NCBI GenBank assembly: GCA_964460325.1
Contig: CAYWPI010000001.1
Span: 11,105-75,104 of the forward strand
DNA length: 64,000 bases
Direction of reading: 5' to 3'
Source: an uncultured Candidatus Saccharibacteria bacterium
GTDB lineage: Bacteria > Patescibacteriota > Minisyncoccia > UBA6257 > 1-14-0-10-44-23
The notes below the pieces were generated by a model. It searched no databases and was not told the origin of the DNA. It saw only the letters and a program-made list of their open reading frames with translations. Made by a program: the position numbers and the translations under genes. Below are positions 18,806 to 28,094 of this stretch, in pieces (within the stretch, counting starts at the first letter, position 1; the number at the start of each line of letters is the position of its first letter).

Positions 18806-20807
18806 TCGCAAAGATCTCATGGCGGATATCTACCACTCAACCGGACGGCCCGTCGCCCGCCTTTCGCGCGCACCACAACCTTTGCCTCCTGAACCACCTC
18901 GACAGCGAAAAAAAATTATCGCTATTGTCATTGCCATACCTCTGCTTGCGACCATTCTTTTTTATGGCACGCGCGGATTGGTAGTCAAAAAGCTTGCCGC
19001 CCATTCTGCCGAACTCATTGAAGAGCGTATCGCCCAGGCAAAACAAGCACTTATCGCCTTTGATGTGCATAAAGCTCATGACGCGTTCCTTGATATCAAA
19101 CGCATTGTTATCGATCTTGAAAGCGAAGCCTCGCGTTATGGGCTGCTTGGCTTGGCTGAAATTGCCGGAACCTTTTCTTCTCAGCTTGCCGCCGCTCCGC
19201 AGGCGCTTTCCATTATGCACCGACTTTCAGACAGTGTGCTTTCCATTATTGAAACTTCAGAACATATTAAAGCCAATGCGTTTGATCTCATGGTAAACCG
19301 ACAGGGCAAGACGCTCATCACGCATCTTACCAGCCTGCAAGAGAAGGTAGCCAGCCTCGGAGAGATTTTAGAAGAGATGAAAGAGAACGCTTCTTCTCTT
19401 GATTATCCGGTTGGCGATGACGTGTTGGCGTTTCGCGCTCAACTGTATCGCACCGAGCAACTACTTGGCGCGGCCATTGACTGGCTCTCAGACACCAATC
19501 ACGTGGCGGTGATGTTCATGAATCCAAGCGAAATACGACCAGGCGGCGGATTTCCCGGTAGTTATGCGGGTATCACCGTAAGCCGTGGAAATGTGGAAAA
19601 GATTGAGGTAAAAGACATCTATGACCCCGATGGCCAACTTGATATCGCAATCACTCCCCCGAGACAACTGCAACTCATCACCAGTACCTGGGGAGCGCGT
19701 GACGCGAATTGGTTTTTTGATTTTCCCACGTCTGCTCGAAAAATCCTTTATTTCTTAAATGAATCGAAAATATATCGCGAGCAAGATTTGACATTCAGCG
19801 CCCTGCTCGCCATTCATGTCAATGCAGTAAGCGATATTCTTTCAGTCACTGGACCAATTGATCTACCCGAATATCACCTTACCCTCACTGACAAGAATTT
19901 TTTGCATGAAGTGCAGCGTGAGGTACGTAGCGGATTAGATCGGACTGTTGGGGAACCAAAACGCATATTAAAAATACTCACCCCCCTTCTCCTAGAACGA
20001 ATCAGCTTATTAAACGCCGCGCAAAAAGGCGAATTAATTAAACTCATACGACAACGTTTTGCCACTAAAGATATGTTGGTGTATATCGAAGACGCAGTAA
20101 TGCAGACCTACCTTGAAGAGCTTGCGGTAGCCGGCGAGGTGCACCGGGCGCGAGACGGGACCCTCAATGAATACCTTGCCGTAGTAAACGCGAATATTGG
20201 CGGGGGTAAGACCGATGCCGTCATGCGCCAAAGCATCACCCTCAAAAGCCGCATCGACCTTGAGGGAAAAATAAATAACACGCTCACCATTCGTCGCACC
20301 CATAACGGAAAATCAAGCGCCGATACTTGGTACCAAACGACCAACAAAAACTTCTTGCAGATATTCACGCCCCGAGGCAGCAACGCCGTTTTTGCCCGTG
20401 GCGCCGATCCATTGCCAACCATCCCGCAGCCAGGTAACACCGACCATAAAACCGATCGCGACGTTGCGGCAATCGAAAACTCCGTCGAACATCTTGGCGA
20501 ATTTAATCTTAATCAAACGCTCGCGTTCAATAAAACTGTTTTTGCCGGCTGGTTTAATACCGCGCCCGGCGCTACCAAAACATTTGAGCTTCAGTATATC
20601 AATCCGCAAAAGATAAACTACGGTGGCACCACCGATTATGTGTTTGTGTTTGAAAAACAACCAGGTATTGAAACAGCGCTTTCAATCACTATTGATGCTC
20701 CGCCGGAATATAAATGGAAAGAAGAAAACAGCGCCACTTACGCATATGAAACTAGCTCAGCACCTGGTCGCCTTGTTGTGCCACTAACTCTTGTCCCAAT
20801 CCGATAG
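18798..20807 (+). CDS. Large membrane-anchored hypothetical protein (possibly DUF4012-like)
   Basis: N-terminal transmembrane segment. 669 aa. GGGFPGSYAG motif. Confidence 0.4.
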   Translation: MDNRKDLMADIYHSTGRPVARLSRAPQPLPPEPPRQRKKIIAIVIAIPLLATILFYGTRGLVVKKLAAHSAELIEERIAQAKQALIAFDVHKAHDAFLDIKRIVIDLESEASRYGLLGLAEIAGTFSSQLAAAPQALSIMHRLSDSVLSIIETSEHIKANAFDLMVNRQGKTLITHLTSLQEKVASLGEILEEMKENASSLDYPVGDDVLAFRAQLYRTEQLLGAAIDWLSDTNHVAVMFMNPSEIRPGGGFPGSYAGITVSRGNVEKIEVKDIYDPDGQLDIAITPPRQLQLITSTWGARDANWFFDFPTSARKILYFLNESKIYREQDLTFSALLAIHVNAVSDILSVTGPIDLPEYHLTLTDKNFLHEVQREVRSGLDRTVGEPKRILKILTPLLLERISLLNAAQKGELIKLIRQRFATKDMLVYIEDAVMQTYLEELAVAGEVHRARDGTLNEYLAVVNANIGGGKTDAVMRQSITLKSRIDLEGKINNTLTIRRTHNGKSSADTWYQTTNKNFLQIFTPRGSNAVFARGADPLPTIPQPGNTDHKTDRDVAAIENSVEHLGEFNLNQTLAFNKTVFAGWFNTAPGATKTFELQYINPQKINYGGTTDYVFVFEKQPGIETALSITIDAPPEYKWKEENSATYAYETSSAPGRLVVPLTLVPIR

Positions 20808-20834
20808 CGATCAGTGCAAGCTGCTCAACCGCAC

Positions 20835-21575
20835 TCACTCAGCTTTCAGTTCAGCTAATGCCATTTTCAACTCGTCAGAAAGCTCACTGACGCCGACTAT
20901 CTTCTTACCCAACGGAGAAATAAACTCAATTTTTTTCGCATGCAAAAACTGACGCGTGAGCCCAGGCAAACTTCCTTTTTTTCCGTAAAGCTTATCTCCT
21001 ACAACAGCATGCCCTATTGAGGAAAAGTGCACTCTGATTTGATGAGTTCGCCCGGTTTTGGGCTGCACCTCTACCAAGGTCAACGCCTCTTCGCCAAAAC
21101 GATATCGACTCAAAACGCGATATTCCGTCATTGCTTCACGAGTCATCTTACCCCTGAAAACAGTGCGCTTTACTGAGCCGTCAATAATGCTTATGGGTTT
21201 ATTAATAGTGCCGGAATCGGTTTTCATCCTTCCCCATACCAGCGCGACATATGTCTTATGTATTCGTTCTCCGTTTTCCGCAGAAGAACCCCCTCCGGCA
21301 GAAAAAAGTTTCTTTAAATACAGAAACGCTTCTTGGGTTCTGGCAACAACCATCACGCCAGAAGTTTCGCGATCAAGCCGGTGCACAATGCCACCCCGTT
21401 GCGCGGGCGCATCGCCAACATATTTTATCTCGGGATAGCGCAAAGTAAGCCAATCTACTAACGTCTCTTCATTGTGCTTTGCCTCTCCCTTGTGATAAAT
21501 GCCATGGACAAGCCAGCCCGCCGGCTTATCGACAAGGAGCAAGTGCTGGTCTTCATAAAGAATGCGCGGAGTCAT
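20835..21575 (-). CDS. RluA-family pseudouridine synthase
   Basis: Catalytic motif HRLDRETSGVMVVA. Confidence 0.85.
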   Translation of the reverse strand: MTPRILYEDQHLLLVDKPAGWLVHGIYHKGEAKHNEETLVDWLTLRYPEIKYVGDAPAQRGGIVHRLDRETSGVMVVARTQEAFLYLKKLFSAGGGSSAENGERIHKTYVALVWGRMKTDSGTINKPISIIDGSVKRTVFRGKMTREAMTEYRVLSRYRFGEEALTLVEVQPKTGRTHQIRVHFSSIGHAVVGDKLYGKKGSLPGLTRQFLHAKKIEFISPLGKKIVGVSELSDELKMALAELKAE

Positions 21576-21603
21576 TATTACTTAAAATACTATTGCATCG
21601 CAT

Positions 21604-21640
21604 AAAATGAGTTGGGGGTCGGCGCCTGTGCACCGACCCC
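21604..21640 (-). terminator. Terminator of cassette d
   Basis: Hairpin GGGGTCGG...CCGACCCC followed by a T-run on the minus strand. Confidence 0.45.
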
Positions 21641-21657
21641 ACACACGAGCACCGCGT

Positions 21658-21990
21658 TTAGCTCGCCCGGCGAGCCAAACGCTTTTGCGCTCGACGAGAC
21701 TTTCGCTCCCGATGAAGCTTCCGCAACCGCACAAGCGCCCGGCGATGACGCTTCGCGCGCCGGTATCGCTTGCGAGGATCGCTCTTTTTCAGGGTCGCAG
21801 CCGGTGCCACGCGCCAATCGAAGAACCGCAACTTCCCCTGCTCGTATCGGGCATTGCCCTCCACGAGCTCATTCTTGGAAGGGAACCAGCCGCGTCGTTG
21901 GTCGATCAGCAGCGCCACGTCGCCACTTGGAACCAACTGCACAGTACCACTTGCTCCGTCGACCACTCGAGCCCACTGCCGTTGACTCAT
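21658..21990 (-). CDS. Hypothetical ~110-aa protein with an Arg/Lys-rich C-terminal tail, high-GC cassette d
   Basis: SD GGAGGTGG before MSQRQW. High GC. Own terminator. Confidence 0.4.
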   Translation of the reverse strand: MSQRQWARVVDGASGTVQLVPSGDVALLIDQRRGWFPSKNELVEGNARYEQGKLRFFDWRVAPAATLKKSDPRKRYRRAKRHRRALVRLRKLHRERKSRRAQKRLARRAS

Positions 21991-22087
21991 ACCACCTCCT
22001 TCATCTGGTATGCGTTCCCGTCGATCTGACGGAGTCACACCACCTCTTTTAAGTAATAGCAAAAGAAGAGCGGTCTGTAAATTATGG

Positions 22088-22253
22088 GGTGCGCAAAACT
22101 GGAAGAAATTACACTGCCGACCTTTTCAGGGTCAGCGCCAACAAATAATGCACTCCAGTAATTTGTGCGCATTACCGAAATCGAACCAGCGGTTTTTTCA
22201 ATGTTAAAGAACTCACTCAATCAAACCTGGCGACTTTCGTCCACTGAGCCCTG
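22088..22253 (-). other. tRNA-derived fragments or a disrupted tRNA, including a Phe-GAA-like anticodon arm, a D-loop-like GGCTCAGTGG and a T-loop-like GGTTCGATT
   Basis: Manual inspection only. No complete cloverleaf could be folded. The GCGCACA acceptor-like motif occurs three times. Confidence 0.3.
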
Positions 22254-22325
22254 TGCGCGCTGGAGGGATTGAACCTCCGACCTTTTCAATGTCAATGAAA
22301 CGCTCTACCACTGAGCTAAGCGCGC
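22254..22325 (-). tRNA. tRNA-Val(GAC)
   Basis: Manual fold: GCGCGCT acceptor, loop TTGACAT, T-arm GGAGGTTCAATCCCTCC. Confidence 0.8.
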
Positions 22326-22369
22326 AATATATGAGAATCTGAATCTGATATACTATACCGTATACACCT

Positions 22370-22546
22370 ATGAAAAATCAAAACCTTGCGAAAGTTTTTA
22401 ACACACTCGGTATTATCTTGGCAATTTTGGCAATTGTTGCCGCTGCCGGCATATTTTTAAGCATCTTCTTACCCGTGCTTGTTCTGGTTATCTTTACTGT
22501 TATCTGTTTTCAAGTCGCCAGCTACTTTCAAAGAAAAATCTCATAA
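22370..22546 (+). CDS. Small membrane protein (58 aa); not in the ORF track
   Basis: MKNQNLAKVFNTLGIILAILAIVAAAGIFL... followed by a strong terminator hairpin at 22563-22597. Confidence 0.35.
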   Translation: MKNQNLAKVFNTLGIILAILAIVAAAGIFLSIFLPVLVLVIFTVICFQVASYFQRKIS

Positions 22547-22630
22547 ACCGCAGTTCTCTATCCCAAAAGCGCCCCATCAGGGGCGCTTTTGCATTTATAA
22601 GCTTAACTTTTTCGTACTGCTCTGAGTGTT

Positions 22631-23149
22631 TTACTTTCCAAGTGTCTTTGTCCCCGGCGTCCACTCCACCGGGCACAGCTCGCCGGTTTGAAGCGCTTGC
22701 AAGGCACGCAATACTTCTTTGACAGAACGACCGACCGAGTTGTCTGAAACCATCATCCAGCGCAAAAAACCTTCGGGATCAATGATAAACGTTCCCCGCT
22801 GGCTGGCCCCATCGGCCCCCAACACATTGTAATTGGAAGATACTCGTAGGGTTGTATCCGCCAAAATCGGATACTTCACCATCGGTAAGTCTTTGCTAAA
22901 CCACGCCTTGTGGCTATGCTCACTGTCCGTTGAAGCACCAATAATAACCGCTTTGTGCTTTTTAAACTGCGGCTCCAGGTGCGCAAACTCTTTAATCTCT
23001 GTTGGGCACACGAAAGTAAAATCGCGCGGATAAAAGAATAGAACAACCCACTTTCCCTTGAAGTCTTTTAAACTCACATCGTGAAACTCGCCAATGTGAT
23101 ATGCCAGAACGTTACTGAAATCCGGAGCTTTTTCGCCGACTTTGATCAT
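22631..23149 (-). CDS. Peroxiredoxin (AhpC/TSA family)
   Basis: FTFVCPTE peroxidatic-cysteine motif. Confidence 0.85.
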   Translation of the reverse strand: MIKVGEKAPDFSNVLAYHIGEFHDVSLKDFKGKWVVLFFYPRDFTFVCPTEIKEFAHLEPQFKKHKAVIIGASTDSEHSHKAWFSKDLPMVKYPILADTTLRVSSNYNVLGADGASQRGTFIIDPEGFLRWMMVSDNSVGRSVKEVLRALQALQTGELCPVEWTPGTKTLGK

Positions 23150-23284
23150 AAATATAAGATACTAATATACTAATATGCACTAATAATACTAATAAATACG
23201 AATAAATCCAAGACTAACCGCAGATACGAAAGAAGTTAACAGTTGCAGTCTATTTCATCAGAGACTATAACGGGGTAGCACTCA

Positions 23285-23782
23285 CTAGCTCGAAAGGCCT
23301 ACAATAGTAATAAGAAGAATCGCAAAAGCAAAAATACACGGAACTACCACAAGCTGCATTTCTGTCCAAATAATTCCATAACCTCTTTGTATCATACCGA
23401 TCGCCCACGGAAGCAAAAGCAGTGCACCACTTTCAATGAGCCTTGCACTAGAAACTCTAGTGCGCGAATTCACTCCATCGCCCCAAAACCAAACGCCGAA
23501 AATATAAAATAAGACATAAAGTAATACTCCTAACAGGAGCAGAAAACCAATTATAGCAATAATCTTACCGACAATACCCGTTTTAATAACTCTTTTTTTC
23601 TCGGGTGCAATTCCATATGTCATTGAACTAGCCCCAAGTAATAGCAAAATCATTCCAAGAGGCACAAGGGGGACATTTCTCGACAAAATCGAAGCCGAGC
23701 CCTCTTCGTAAAGCGAGAAGGAGATGAAACCCAAAAGTACTATAATAAAACCAAGCAGAAAAAATAGTTTCCTTTTTGTCAT
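23285..23782 (-). CDS. Hypothetical membrane protein
   Basis: Multiple hydrophobic helices. Confidence 0.4.
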   Translation of the reverse strand: MTKRKLFFLLGFIIVLLGFISFSLYEEGSASILSRNVPLVPLGMILLLLGASSMTYGIAPEKKRVIKTGIVGKIIAIIGFLLLLGVLLYVLFYIFGVWFWGDGVNSRTRVSSARLIESGALLLLPWAIGMIQRGYGIIWTEMQLVVVPCIFAFAILLITIVGLSS

Positions 23783-24558
23783 GAATGTAATCGAAAGAAG
23801 TTCTCAAACAATTGAGCCACAACAATAGGACCCGTTCCGCCCGGGGTTGGCGTTACCAACTTTGTCTTCATCGCAATCGCTTTCGCATCCACATCCCCCG
23901 TTGTTTTTCCATCAAGCTGGCCATATCCAAAATCAACCACTACTGCGTTCGGCTTAATGTGCATTTCATTAATAAGATGTGGCACCCCCGTTCCTGTAAC
24001 CACCAAGTCAGCCTCGCGGATAACCGCCTCATCCAACTTTGCCTTGCCAAGCACTGTAAGCTTGATGACCTTATCCATGAGCCAGGCTGCGCAGGGGCGA
24101 CCAATCAGCATGCCCGGGCCAACCACCACCGCTCGCTTACTAGTAAGATCAAACCCCACTTCTTCAAGAATATGCTTAAGTGCTCCGACGGCTGGCGGCA
24201 ATACTTTGGTTGTTTCACCATTCAACACGTCAACATCTTTCTCAATACCAATGGCATTTAACACGGGCACGCGGTCATATTTTTTCGGCAAAGGAAGCTG
24301 AACAATAACCGCACCCACTGATGGGTCGGCAGAAATTCCCCGCACCTGGCGCTCAAGCTCGCCCTGACTAAGTGTTTCCGGCAAGATATGGAGTACAAAG
24401 CGCACACCGAGTTCTTTTGCCACTTTTTCTTTTTGCTTTAGAAAACTAAGCGACGCCTTATCCTCGCCAACCAAAATTGCTGCCAGCACCTTTGTGGGCG
24501 TTTTCCTGGTCTTAAGCTGCTCAATAATTTTTTTCGCAATAGCGTTTCCATCAATCAT
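23779..24558 (-). CDS. folD: Bifunctional methylenetetrahydrofolate dehydrogenase/cyclohydrolase
   Basis: N-terminal pattern MIDGNAIAKKI...AAILVGED and conserved FolD length (259 aa). Confidence 0.85.
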   Translation of the reverse strand: MIDGNAIAKKIIEQLKTRKTPTKVLAAILVGEDKASLSFLKQKEKVAKELGVRFVLHILPETLSQGELERQVRGISADPSVGAVIVQLPLPKKYDRVPVLNAIGIEKDVDVLNGETTKVLPPAVGALKHILEEVGFDLTSKRAVVVGPGMLIGRPCAAWLMDKVIKLTVLGKAKLDEAVIREADLVVTGTGVPHLINEMHIKPNAVVVDFGYGQLDGKTTGDVDAKAIAMKTKLVTPTPGGTGPIVVAQLFENFFRLHS

Positions 24559-24573
24559 ATCTTTAGAATATCA

Positions 24574-24909
24574 CTAAAGAACTTCGTTGATGATATAGCT
24601 TGCCACATAAAGTGCCGCGACAATGCAAGCCACCATAATAATATTTCTTTTTGAAAGCCTGTCGATAAATCGAGCTAACAGATAGTGAATGCCAAATATA
24701 TAGGCAAAAGGCAAAATAAACGCAAGCGGCGTTACCCACGGGGAGAGCAAAATCAGCCTGAACCAGGCAAAATTACTCATCAGCGGATTAAACACCCACT
24801 TGCAGCCAATAAAACACACATACCACGGCAGAGGCACGAAAAGAACGATGGCAACCGTCGTCAGCCACAACCCCTTGGGTTTCCTTTGAATAACTGAAGT
24901 ATTTTCCAT
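24574..24909 (-). CDS. Small membrane protein
   Basis: Hydrophobic 111-aa ORF. Confidence 0.35.
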   Translation of the reverse strand: MENTSVIQRKPKGLWLTTVAIVLFVPLPWYVCFIGCKWVFNPLMSNFAWFRLILLSPWVTPLAFILPFAYIFGIHYLLARFIDRLSKRNIIMVACIVAALYVASYIINEVL

Positions 24910-26130
24910 TTAATAAGGCAAAGGGAATTGCTTACACAATTTTACCACTTCTTTTTTGACTGACTCGGCCGGCTCTTTAAGATCAAACAAGTGATGCATA
25001 AACATTGCAATCAGCTTCATTTGTTTTTCTTTCATACCCCGACTAGTAACTGCCGGCGTGCCAATGCGAACCCCCGACGGCTTAAACGGCTTTTCATCGC
25101 CCGGCACCGAGTTGCGGTTGGCCACAATCCCCGCCTGTTCAAGCATCTGCTGAGCCGCCATGCCGTCTAAGCCCTTATTGCGCATGTCCACTACCAACAA
25201 GTGGCTGTCGGTTCCGCCAGAAACCAAATCAAACCCATATCCAGAAAGTGCCGCCTCAAGCGCCTTCGCGTTTTTCACAATCTGCTTTGCATAAGACCGA
25301 AAGGCCGACTTTTGCATCGCTTCGAACATCCAGGCAATAGCCGCCGTCTGATTATTATGCGGCCCACCCTGCAACCCCGGCATAATCGCCTTATCAATAA
25401 GCTTTGCCAACTCCTCGCCTTTAGTGAAAATAACTGCTCCACGAGGGCCGCGCATTGTTTTATGCGTAGTTGCCATCACCACGTCTGCATACGGAAACGG
25501 ACTGGGATATACGCCGCCGGCAATAAGCCCCGCCACGTGAGAAACGTCAGCAACCAATTTTGCGCCCACCGCATCGGCAATAGCTCGCATCTTTTTAAAA
25601 TCCAACAATCGGCTATATGAGGTGGTGCCCAAAATAATCATCGCTGGCTTATGCAGCTTTGCCAGTTGCGCCACTTCTGCATAATCAATAAGTCCGGTTT
25701 TAGGGCTCACGCCAAATTGCACCGACTTATAAAACGTTCCGGAAAAATTCACCGGATGCCCGTGTGTTAAGTGTCCGCCATCTGCCAGGCGCAATCCCAT
25801 TACCGTATCACCAGGCTTTGCCAGCGCAAAATAAATTGCCAAGTTCGCTGGTGAACCCGAATATGCCTGCACGTTGGCAAACCACTGGCCCTCCTTAAGC
25901 CCAAACACCTTCAAGCCCTCTTTCCGCGCAAGATTCTCAATCTCGTCGCAGAACTCGTTGCCCGGATAATATCGCCGACCCGGATAGCCTTCTGAATATT
26001 TATTAACGAGCGGACTGCCGAGGATTTTCAGCATCTCCGGATCAGCGACATTTTCCGATGGAATCAGATCAATCGTTTCCTGCTGGCGTTTTATCTCCTT
26101 CTTGATGAGTTCATTGAGCTTTTTTGACAT
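24910..26130 (-). CDS. glyA: Serine hydroxymethyltransferase
   Basis: PLP-lysine region VMATTHKTMRGPRG. Confidence 0.9.
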   Translation of the reverse strand: MSKKLNELIKKEIKRQQETIDLIPSENVADPEMLKILGSPLVNKYSEGYPGRRYYPGNEFCDEIENLARKEGLKVFGLKEGQWFANVQAYSGSPANLAIYFALAKPGDTVMGLRLADGGHLTHGHPVNFSGTFYKSVQFGVSPKTGLIDYAEVAQLAKLHKPAMIILGTTSYSRLLDFKKMRAIADAVGAKLVADVSHVAGLIAGGVYPSPFPYADVVMATTHKTMRGPRGAVIFTKGEELAKLIDKAIMPGLQGGPHNNQTAAIAWMFEAMQKSAFRSYAKQIVKNAKALEAALSGYGFDLVSGGTDSHLLVVDMRNKGLDGMAAQQMLEQAGIVANRNSVPGDEKPFKPSGVRIGTPAVTSRGMKEKQMKLIAMFMHHLFDLKEPAESVKKEVVKLCKQFPLPY

Positions 26131-26206
26131 GTTCCAATATTATCACAACTCGCTGTACTTCAAAATCTCACGTAACTTCTTACATCGTATGTAATAAGTT
26201 ACTACT

Positions 26207-26257
26207 TTAAAAAGAAACCGCCCCCAGGTCCGCGTTGGATTGCGCGGCTGGGGGCAG
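26207..26257 (-). terminator. Terminator of the patatin-like gene
   Basis: Hairpin GCCCCCAG...CTGGGGGC followed by TTTCTTTTT on the minus strand. Confidence 0.55.
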
Positions 26258-26287
26258 TATTCGCGATGGGTACCTCGACTCGTCAGC

Positions 26288-27595
26288 CTAGGTCCCATGT
26301 ATGGAGGCGTGGTCGTCTCCGTTGTTTCCCTTCTCTCTGCTGCACGAGAGTACGCGAGCGAGCAAGTCAGGCTTGAGCGGAGGCAGCGACGGCTCTTCCT
26401 CTTCCGGCGGCAGCCGCAGGTGGTACAGGTGAACGCTCAGCTCCCCCTGCAAACCAGCTTCCCGCAGCTTATTCGGATCAGTCGTGAAGGCGCCCACCTC
26501 AGTGTCCCGCCAGGGCAAAATTCCTACCTTGACATCGTCTCGAGCATGAGCTCGGAGAGTTGCGCTATCAAGACGGCTTCGAAGGTTGTGAACGCGCCGC
26601 CTGAGACGGCGCGGGAACGCTCCCATGAGGAACTGGACCACCAAGTACTCGATCGTCCGAAAGGACAGTCGACGTAGCCAGCCGCCAAGCCCCTCAACGC
26701 TACGCCACACGTAACGCCGTAGTCGTTGCTTTCGCAACGCCTTCTTGGAAGTCGAACCTCTCGGGCAGGTGTAGAGTAAGAAGAGCTCCACAATCCAAGA
26801 CGCCACCCTCCCGAGGTAACGGCTGGACGACCTAACCGGCAGCTTAGTCGTCACAATCCTGTTGGGAATAACCAGGATGTGAGTAGGCCGGAAAAGTCGG
26901 ATCACTCGCTCCACCGGGAAGAGATTTCCGAGGGCGCCATCGAAATACTTGCGCCCGTTGATCGTCACATACTTGCCGTACAGCGATCCCGGCAGTGCGG
27001 CACTAGCGATAATCGCAGCGATCGGATCTGGACACTCTTTCACATTCAGCACTACGGACTTGCCCTCCGGCGTGGTCACCTGGACATAGAACTCGCTCGT
27101 GGCGGCCAGGAGCGCCGCTTGGTCAAGCGGGGGGATGCCCAGGGTGGGGTCACCAAACCGGATGAGGCGCTCAAGCCAGTCGATATCGGCCGCCCCCTTA
27201 CGAAAAGGGCGGACGAACTTTTCTCTCTTAAGCCAGCAGCGAATTCGATGCCACAGATCCGCAAAGGAGCTGATGAAATCGTTACGCACACCCCGAAAGG
27301 GACTAATGAATCGACGCGTGGCAAGCGCATCCCAGTAGGAACGTAGCGCCACCTCCGACTGTCCGGCGAGAAAGTACGCCGCGGTGATGGCCCCGGTCGA
27401 GATTCCGAACACCACATCAAACGCCCGGTGTAAACCCATCCTGACCAGAGCTCTCGCCTGACCGGCGCCGAAGACACCGCGCATACCACCAGCAAGCACC
27501 ATGAGAACGCTCTTGAAGTAGCTAATGGTAGCAAGCCTATCACGACGGAGCAGGTCATAGATGACCTCATCCGTCTTGCTAGCCTTGTAAAGCAT
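26288..27595 (-). CDS. Patatin-like phospholipase, high-GC cassette e
   Basis: Oxyanion motif GGMRG (GGxRG), nucleophile elbow GISTGA (GxSxG) and catalytic DGA. ~60% GC. Start chosen at MLYKASK. Confidence 0.75.
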   Translation of the reverse strand: MLYKASKTDEVIYDLLRRDRLATISYFKSVLMVLAGGMRGVFGAGQARALVRMGLHRAFDVVFGISTGAITAAYFLAGQSEVALRSYWDALATRRFISPFRGVRNDFISSFADLWHRIRCWLKREKFVRPFRKGAADIDWLERLIRFGDPTLGIPPLDQAALLAATSEFYVQVTTPEGKSVVLNVKECPDPIAAIIASAALPGSLYGKYVTINGRKYFDGALGNLFPVERVIRLFRPTHILVIPNRIVTTKLPVRSSSRYLGRVASWIVELFLLYTCPRGSTSKKALRKQRLRRYVWRSVEGLGGWLRRLSFRTIEYLVVQFLMGAFPRRLRRRVHNLRSRLDSATLRAHARDDVKVGILPWRDTEVGAFTTDPNKLREAGLQGELSVHLYHLRLPPEEEEPSLPPLKPDLLARVLSCSREKGNNGDDHASIHGT

Positions 27596-27873
27596 AAGGC
27601 CCCCAAAACGGAAAAGGAATTTCGTCGAGCCTGGCAACGAGCCAGCTCGAACTATCCTTACCCTGCAACAAGGCCTAGGGATAGTCAAGACGCCAGGCTA
27701 AGCTAGGCCGGGCATGTATCACTTCCTATCGTTGGTGCGTGTGGATCAAAGTCAACAGACATTGATGGGTGGCGGTCAACTAACCATAATCCAGGCGCCA
27801 CCCGGGGACGGAATGAAATTCCTTCCACGCAATATGAATTAAAGTTTGACCCTTTACGGGCCAAACTTTACTG

Positions 27874-27945
27874 TGCGTGTGGAAGGAATCGAACCTTCGA
27901 CCTTTTCATTATCAGTGAAATGCTCTACCACTGAGCTACACACGC
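27874..27945 (-). tRNA. tRNA-Ile(GAT)
   Basis: Manual fold: GCGTGTG acceptor, loop CTGATAA, T-arm GAAGGTTCGATTCCTTC. Confidence 0.8.
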
Positions 27946-28057
27946 AATATTTACTGTAGAGCATTGAAATGCTCTTCCGGGGTGAGTTACCGAATTATAG
28001 TTTTTTGAACCTCACCCGTCGAGACCTGCTGGCCTCGACCCACTGAGCTACACACGC
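27946..28057 (-). repeat. Upstream tRNA module 1: duplicated tRNA-Ile 5' fragment (18 nt) plus three hairpins (GTCGAG...CTCGAC; GGGTGAG...CTCACCC; CGGAAGAGC...GCTCTAC)
   Basis: Direct comparison with 63694-63803, which has the same architecture and conserved GTCGAGGCCA, ATAATTC and CGGAAGAGC motifs. Confidence 0.6.
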
Positions 28058-28094
28058 AGAATGCTATTTATTTAAGACGAAAATTGTTTCTTGG

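Noticed and set aside
21612-22052. 146-aa plus-strand ORF in cassette d
   Set aside because: The opposite-strand ORF has an SD and a terminator. The plus-strand ORF lacks any ribosome-binding site.
22088-22200. Calling a complete tRNA-Phe(GAA) here
   Set aside because: The anticodon arm and acceptor ends are plausible, but the D-arm and T-arm cannot be formed. It is kept only as tRNA-derived fragments.
23150-23284. ACTAATA-type AT-rich tandem repeats upstream of the peroxiredoxin gene as a CRISPR-like or satellite array
   Set aside because: There are only ~5 imperfect 7-mers with no spacer structure. This is more likely AT-rich promoter DNA.
26240-27346. Several plus-strand ORFs (145, 155, 79 aa) inside the patatin gene region
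   Set aside because: They are antisense to a gene with clear catalytic motifs. This is the typical antisense ORF inflation of GC-rich sequence.
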